This document shows positions 60,034 to 64,000 of a DNA stretch of 64,000 nt, piece by piece. The stretch is from Acidimicrobiales bacterium. Lineage in GTDB: Bacteria > Actinomycetota > Acidimicrobiia > Acidimicrobiales > Aldehydirespiratoraceae. The DNA is taken from assembly GCA_965207755.1 (NCBI GenBank), contig OZ242297.1:2311406-2375405 (forward strand), given 5' to 3'. The notes under the pieces were generated by a model, which was not told the DNA's origin, did no database searches, and saw nothing but the letters and a program-made list of their open reading frames with translations. Position numbers and translations under genes: made by a program. The stretch's first letter is position 1, and each line of letters begins with the position of its first letter.

Positions 60034-63000
60034 ATGAACGACCGGACTCGCTCCGAGCCCAGCGACTCTCTCGGCGCCAACGCCTGGGTCATCGACGAGA
60101 TGCGCGACCTGTGGGCTGCCGACCCTGCCTCGGTGGACGAAGCCTGGCGGGCCCTGTTCGAGGGCGAGACGCCGGATTCGCCGATGACCTCGGCCCCTCC
60201 GCAGGCCTCGGCCGCGACCCGGACCACCATCGACACGGTCGCCACCGACGTGACCGCGCCGTCAGCGGGCTCCACCGACATGACCACGCCGCTCGCCGGC
60301 AGGCCGCCCCCGTCGCCCGCACCGAGGGAGGCGCGGAAGGAACCGGCAGCGGACACGCCCATCGGCGAGCCGATCAGGGGCGTCGGCGCCCGCATCGTCT
60401 CCAACATGGAGGCCAGCCTCGCCGTGCCCACCGCCACGAGCTTCCGGGACGTCCCCGCCAAGCTCCTGGAGGTCAACCGCAAGATCATCAACGGCCACCT
60501 CAGCCGCAAGATGGTCCGGAAGGTCTCGTTCACCCACCTGATCGGCTACGCGGTGGTGCGGGCCATCACCGACACGGTCCCGGCCATGAACAACATCTAC
60601 GCCACCGACGCCGCGGGCAAGCCGAGGATGGTGCGGCCCGAGCACATCGGTCTCGGCATCGCGGTCGACGTCGCCCGCGACGACGGCACGCGGTCGCTGA
60701 TGGTGCCGTGCATCCGCGACGCCGACACCCTCGACTTCGCCACCTTCGTGGAGCGGTACGACGAGCAGATCGCCAAGATCCGCGAGAGCAGGCTCAGTGC
60801 CGACGACATGCGGGGCGTGACCGTCACCGTCACCAACCCCGGCACGATCGGCACCCAGCAGTCGGTGCCCAGGCTGATGACCGGACAGGGAACGATCGTG
60901 GGCGTCGGGGCGCTGGCGTTCCCCACCGAGTACGAGGCCGCCGACCCGTCGTTGCTGGCGGACCTGGGGGTGAGCAAGCTGGTGACGATCAGCAGCACCT
61001 ACGACCACCGGGTCATCCAGGGCGCCGAGTCGGGGCTGTTCCTGCAGCGGGTACACGACCTGCTGCTGGGCGCCGACGACTTCTACGGCCAGGCCTTCCG
61101 GTCGCTGCACATCCCGTACGAGGCGGTGAAGTGGCGGCGCGACTTCAACCCCGTGGACCGCGAGGCGGCCATGCTCGAGAAGCAGGCCAAGGTCAACCAG
61201 CTCATCAACCAGTACAGGGTGCGGGGTCATCTGATCGCCGACCTCAACCCGCTGCGCGACGAGGCGCCCGTGATGCACTCCGAGCTCGATCCGGCCACCT
61301 ACGGGCTCACCATCTGGGACCTGGACCGCGAGTTCCTGACCGGCAGCGAGACAGGCATCTACGCCACCGTCGGCCCGGACCGCCGGATGAAGCTCGGCGA
61401 CCTGCTGGGCGTGCTGCGCGACGCCTACTGCCGCACCGTCGGCGTGGAGTACATGCACATCCAGGAGCCCGACGAGAAGCGGTGGATCCAGGAGCAGATC
61501 GAGGGCGCCGACACCGCGCTCAAGTCCGAGGACCAGCACCGCATCCTCAGCCAGCTCAACGCGGCTGAGGCCCTCAGCAACTTCCTGGGCGCCAAGTACG
61601 TCGGCCAGAAGCGCTTCGGCCTGGAGGGCGCCGAGTCGGCCATCCCGCTGCTGGACGCCCTGCTGACGTGCGCGGCGGACACGCCGCTGGCGGAGGTGGT
61701 GATGGGCATGGCCCACCGGGGGCGGCTGAACGTGCTCGTCAACCTGGTGGGCAAGACCTACCACGAGCTGTTCAAGGAGTTCGAGGGGGCAATCACCGAG
61801 GACCAGATCCAGGGCAGCGGCGACGTGAAGTACCACCTCGGCCAGATCGGCGCCTACACCAGCCCGTCGGGCAAGCACCTGCTGGTGGAGCTGGCCGCCA
61901 ACCCGTCCCACCTCGAGGCCGTCGACCCGGTGGTGGTGGGCATGGCCCGGGCCCGCATGGACAACATCCCGCCCGACAGCAGCTACGGCCCCTACCCGGT
62001 GATGCCGCTGCTGATCCACGGCGACGCCGCCTTCGCGGGCCAGGGCGTGGTGGCCGAGACCTTCAACCTGAGCCTCATCAGGGGATACCGCGTCGGCGGG
62101 ACCATCCACCTGGTGATCAACAACCAGCTCGGGTTCACCACCACGCCCGACGCGGCCCGCTCCACCCAGTACTCCACCGACGTGGCCAAGATGGTGGGCG
62201 CGCCGATCTTCCATGTCAACGGCGACGACCCCGAGGCCTGCGTGCGAGCGGCCCGCCTGGCCTTCGCCTACCGCCAGCGGTTCAACAAGGACGCCGTCAT
62301 CGACATGATCTGCTACCGGCGCCACGGGCACAACGAGGGCGACGACCCCAGCTACACGCTGCCGGAGATGTACCGCCGCATCGATGCCAAGCCGACGGTG
62401 CGAACCCAGTACCGGGAGTCGCTGCTGAAGCGGGGCGACATAAGCGCCGAGGACGCCGACGCCTCCCTGGCCGAGTTCCGCGACCAGCTCCAGGCCGCCC
62501 TGGACGAGACCCGCGACGCCGCTGGTGGCCACAACATCCGCGCCCGGCGCCCGCCCGAGCCGATGGGGGTGATGCCCCACGTGCGCACCGCCATCGACTC
62601 GGTGACCGTGGAGCGCGTCTACCAGGCGCTGAACACCGTGCCCGACGGGTTCACCGTTCACCCGAAGCTGGCCCGGCAGTTCGAGCAGCGCAACAAGGTG
62701 TTCCGCAGCGGCGAGTTCGACTGGGGCACGGGCGAGGCGATGGCCTTCGGATCGCTGCTCATGGAGGGCACTCCGGTGCGGCTAAGCGGCCAGGACAGCC
62801 GCCGGGGGACCTTCTCGCACCGGCACTCCACCCTGGTGGACTACGTGACCAGCCAGGAGTACGTGCCGCTGGCGGCCCTGTGCGCGCGCGAGGCCGAACT
62901 GTGGGTCTACGACTCCCTGCTGTCGGAGTACGCCGCTCTGGGCTTCGAGTACGGCTACGCGGTGGCCAAACCGGAGGCGCTGGTCATGTGGGAGGCCCAG

Positions 63001-63753
63001 TTCGGCGACTTCGCCAACGGCGCCCAGATCGTCATCGACCAGTTCATCGTGGCCGCCGAGGACAAGTGGGACCAGCACTGTGGGATCGTGCTGCTGCTCC
63101 CCCACGGCATGGAGGGCCAGGGCCCGGAGCACTCGTCGGCCCGCATCGAGAGGTTCCTGACGCTGGCCGCGGAGGACAACATGCACGTGTGCCAGCCCAC
63201 CACCGCGGGGCAGTACTTCCATCTGCTGCGCCGCCAGATGATCCACCGCGCCCGCAAACCCATGATCCTGTTCACGCCCAAGTCGCTGCTGCGGGCCAAG
63301 GCCGCCCGCTCGAAGGTGGCCGACCTGTCCTCGGGCACGTTCGAGGAGGTGCTCGGCGACCCCGGGGCCGAGGCTGGGACCGTGGACGCGGAGGCCGTGA
63401 CCAGGGTGGTCTTCTGCAGCGGCAAGGTGGCCTACGCGGCGATGGAACTGCGCGACGAGCATCAGGCCCCGCTGGCCGTGTGCCGGGTCGAGCAGCTCTT
63501 CCCGTGGCCGTACGGGGCGGTCGACTACGAACTGCGCCGGTACCCGAACGCGACCGAGATCGTCTGGCTGCAGGAGGAGCCCGAGAACATGGGCGCCTGG
63601 AACGGGATCAAGGGGCGCCTCTACGAGGCCCACGGCGACGGCTACGAGATCCGCAGGGTCAGCCGGCCCGAGTCGGGCAGCCCCGCCGGCGGCAGCCCCA
63701 CCGTGCACGGCCAGGAACAGCAGGACCTGCTCGACGCGGCCGTGCTGGCTTGA
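60034..63753 (+). CDS. kgd: Multifunctional 2-oxoglutarate dehydrogenase E1 / decarboxylase, actinobacterial Kgd type with fused E2-like acyltransferase segment
   Basis: 1239 aa. NAWVIDEMRDLW N-terminus, E2-like ...TYDHRVIQGAESGLFL, then the E1o core (GMAHRGRLNVL, HGDAAFAGQGVV, LLLPHGMEGQGPEHSS). Confidence 0.93.
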   Translation: MNDRTRSEPSDSLGANAWVIDEMRDLWAADPASVDEAWRALFEGETPDSPMTSAPPQASAATRTTIDTVATDVTAPSAGSTDMTTPLAGRPPPSPAPREARKEPAADTPIGEPIRGVGARIVSNMEASLAVPTATSFRDVPAKLLEVNRKIINGHLSRKMVRKVSFTHLIGYAVVRAITDTVPAMNNIYATDAAGKPRMVRPEHIGLGIAVDVARDDGTRSLMVPCIRDADTLDFATFVERYDEQIAKIRESRLSADDMRGVTVTVTNPGTIGTQQSVPRLMTGQGTIVGVGALAFPTEYEAADPSLLADLGVSKLVTISSTYDHRVIQGAESGLFLQRVHDLLLGADDFYGQAFRSLHIPYEAVKWRRDFNPVDREAAMLEKQAKVNQLINQYRVRGHLIADLNPLRDEAPVMHSELDPATYGLTIWDLDREFLTGSETGIYATVGPDRRMKLGDLLGVLRDAYCRTVGVEYMHIQEPDEKRWIQEQIEGADTALKSEDQHRILSQLNAAEALSNFLGAKYVGQKRFGLEGAESAIPLLDALLTCAADTPLAEVVMGMAHRGRLNVLVNLVGKTYHELFKEFEGAITEDQIQGSGDVKYHLGQIGAYTSPSGKHLLVELAANPSHLEAVDPVVVGMARARMDNIPPDSSYGPYPVMPLLIHGDAAFAGQGVVAETFNLSLIRGYRVGGTIHLVINNQLGFTTTPDAARSTQYSTDVAKMVGAPIFHVNGDDPEACVRAARLAFAYRQRFNKDAVIDMICYRRHGHNEGDDPSYTLPEMYRRIDAKPTVRTQYRESLLKRGDISAEDADASLAEFRDQLQAALDETRDAAGGHNIRARRPPEPMGVMPHVRTAIDSVTVERVYQALNTVPDGFTVHPKLARQFEQRNKVFRSGEFDWGTGEAMAFGSLLMEGTPVRLSGQDSRRGTFSHRHSTLVDYVTSQEYVPLAALCAREAELWVYDSLLSEYAALGFEYGYAVAKPEALVMWEAQFGDFANGAQIVIDQFIVAAEDKWDQHCGIVLLLPHGMEGQGPEHSSARIERFLTLAAEDNMHVCQPTTAGQYFHLLRRQMIHRARKPMILFTPKSLLRAKAARSKVADLSSGTFEEVLGDPGAEAGTVDAEAVTRVVFCSGKVAYAAMELRDEHQAPLAVCRVEQLFPWPYGAVDYELRRYPNATEIVWLQEEPENMGAWNGIKGRLYEAHGDGYEIRRVSRPESGSPAGGSPTVHGQEQQDLLDAAVLA

Positions 63754-63863
63754 CAGCCGGTGACCGCAACGTTGCGTTCGGCGGCTGCCGCCCGCCGCTC
63801 GACGATTCTCGATGTAGTTGTTCCGCCCAGAGCAGGTCAACTGCATCAAGAAGGCGCAGATCG

Positions 63864-64000
63864 TTGAGCGCTGAGCGTCGCCCCGCCGACGACCACCGCC
63901 TGGCGGCCGACCTGGCCCGCCGCGCCGGAGAGCGGCTGGTCGAGTTGCGGGCCCGGCTGGCCGGAGAGGGCGCGCCCACCGCGGTTGTGCGGGCCGAGGG
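63864..64000 (+). CDS. 5' end of a possible inositol-monophosphatase/CysQ-family gene (partial, weak)
   Basis: A TTG at 63864 opens a frame reading ...DDHRLAADLARRAGERLVELRARL..., which resembles the N-terminal helix of CysQ/SuhB proteins. Only about 45 codons are visible. Confidence 0.3.
   Translation, partial: MSAERRPADDHRLAADLARRAGERLVELRARLAGEGAPTAVVRAE

Overview
High-GC (about 70% by eye) window with actinobacterial gene order, possibly class Acidimicrobiia (inference). Most of it is a conserved minus-strand housekeeping backbone: comM, yraN, rplS, trmD, rimM, KH protein, rpsP, ffh, ftsY ... htrA, smc, fpg-like, rnc, acpP, plsX, rpmF, DUF177, coaD, rsmD, recG, yloV. After that come metabolic and transport genes, including a thiamine ABC transporter behind a clear TPP riboswitch, class I lysyl-tRNA synthetase, a UvrD-like helicase, a CPA2-USP antiporter, xthA and kgd/sucA. 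Three accessory regions interrupt this backbone. (1) 7.7-21.0 kb lies between ftsY and htrA/smc and is the main candidate for an undescribed system. It is a tandemly duplicated, translationally coupled cassette of lipoproteins built from a repeated module of about 250-270 aa that I cannot assign to any family. Each copy also encodes a small protein with a type-IV/Flp-pilin-like leader. The cassette further holds an 884-aa Cys/Thr/acidic-repeat protein, a stand-alone paralog of that protein's C-terminal domain, and junction debris that includes a copied fragment of rimM. (2) 44.8-51.5 kb carries a 1662-aa secreted kexin-like S8 protease with a P-domain and many Calx-beta-like repeats, with an IS1380-family element inserted exactly at its stop codon. 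(3) 58.3-59.2 kb is an HTH/nucleotidyltransferase pair resembling a toxin-antitoxin module. Two families of nested-hairpin REP-like palindromes and a 43-bp x4 hairpin array sit in intergenic regions. The many long plus-strand ORFs in the track are GC-driven antisense shadows. All calls come from reading translations and DNA by eye; no database search was run.
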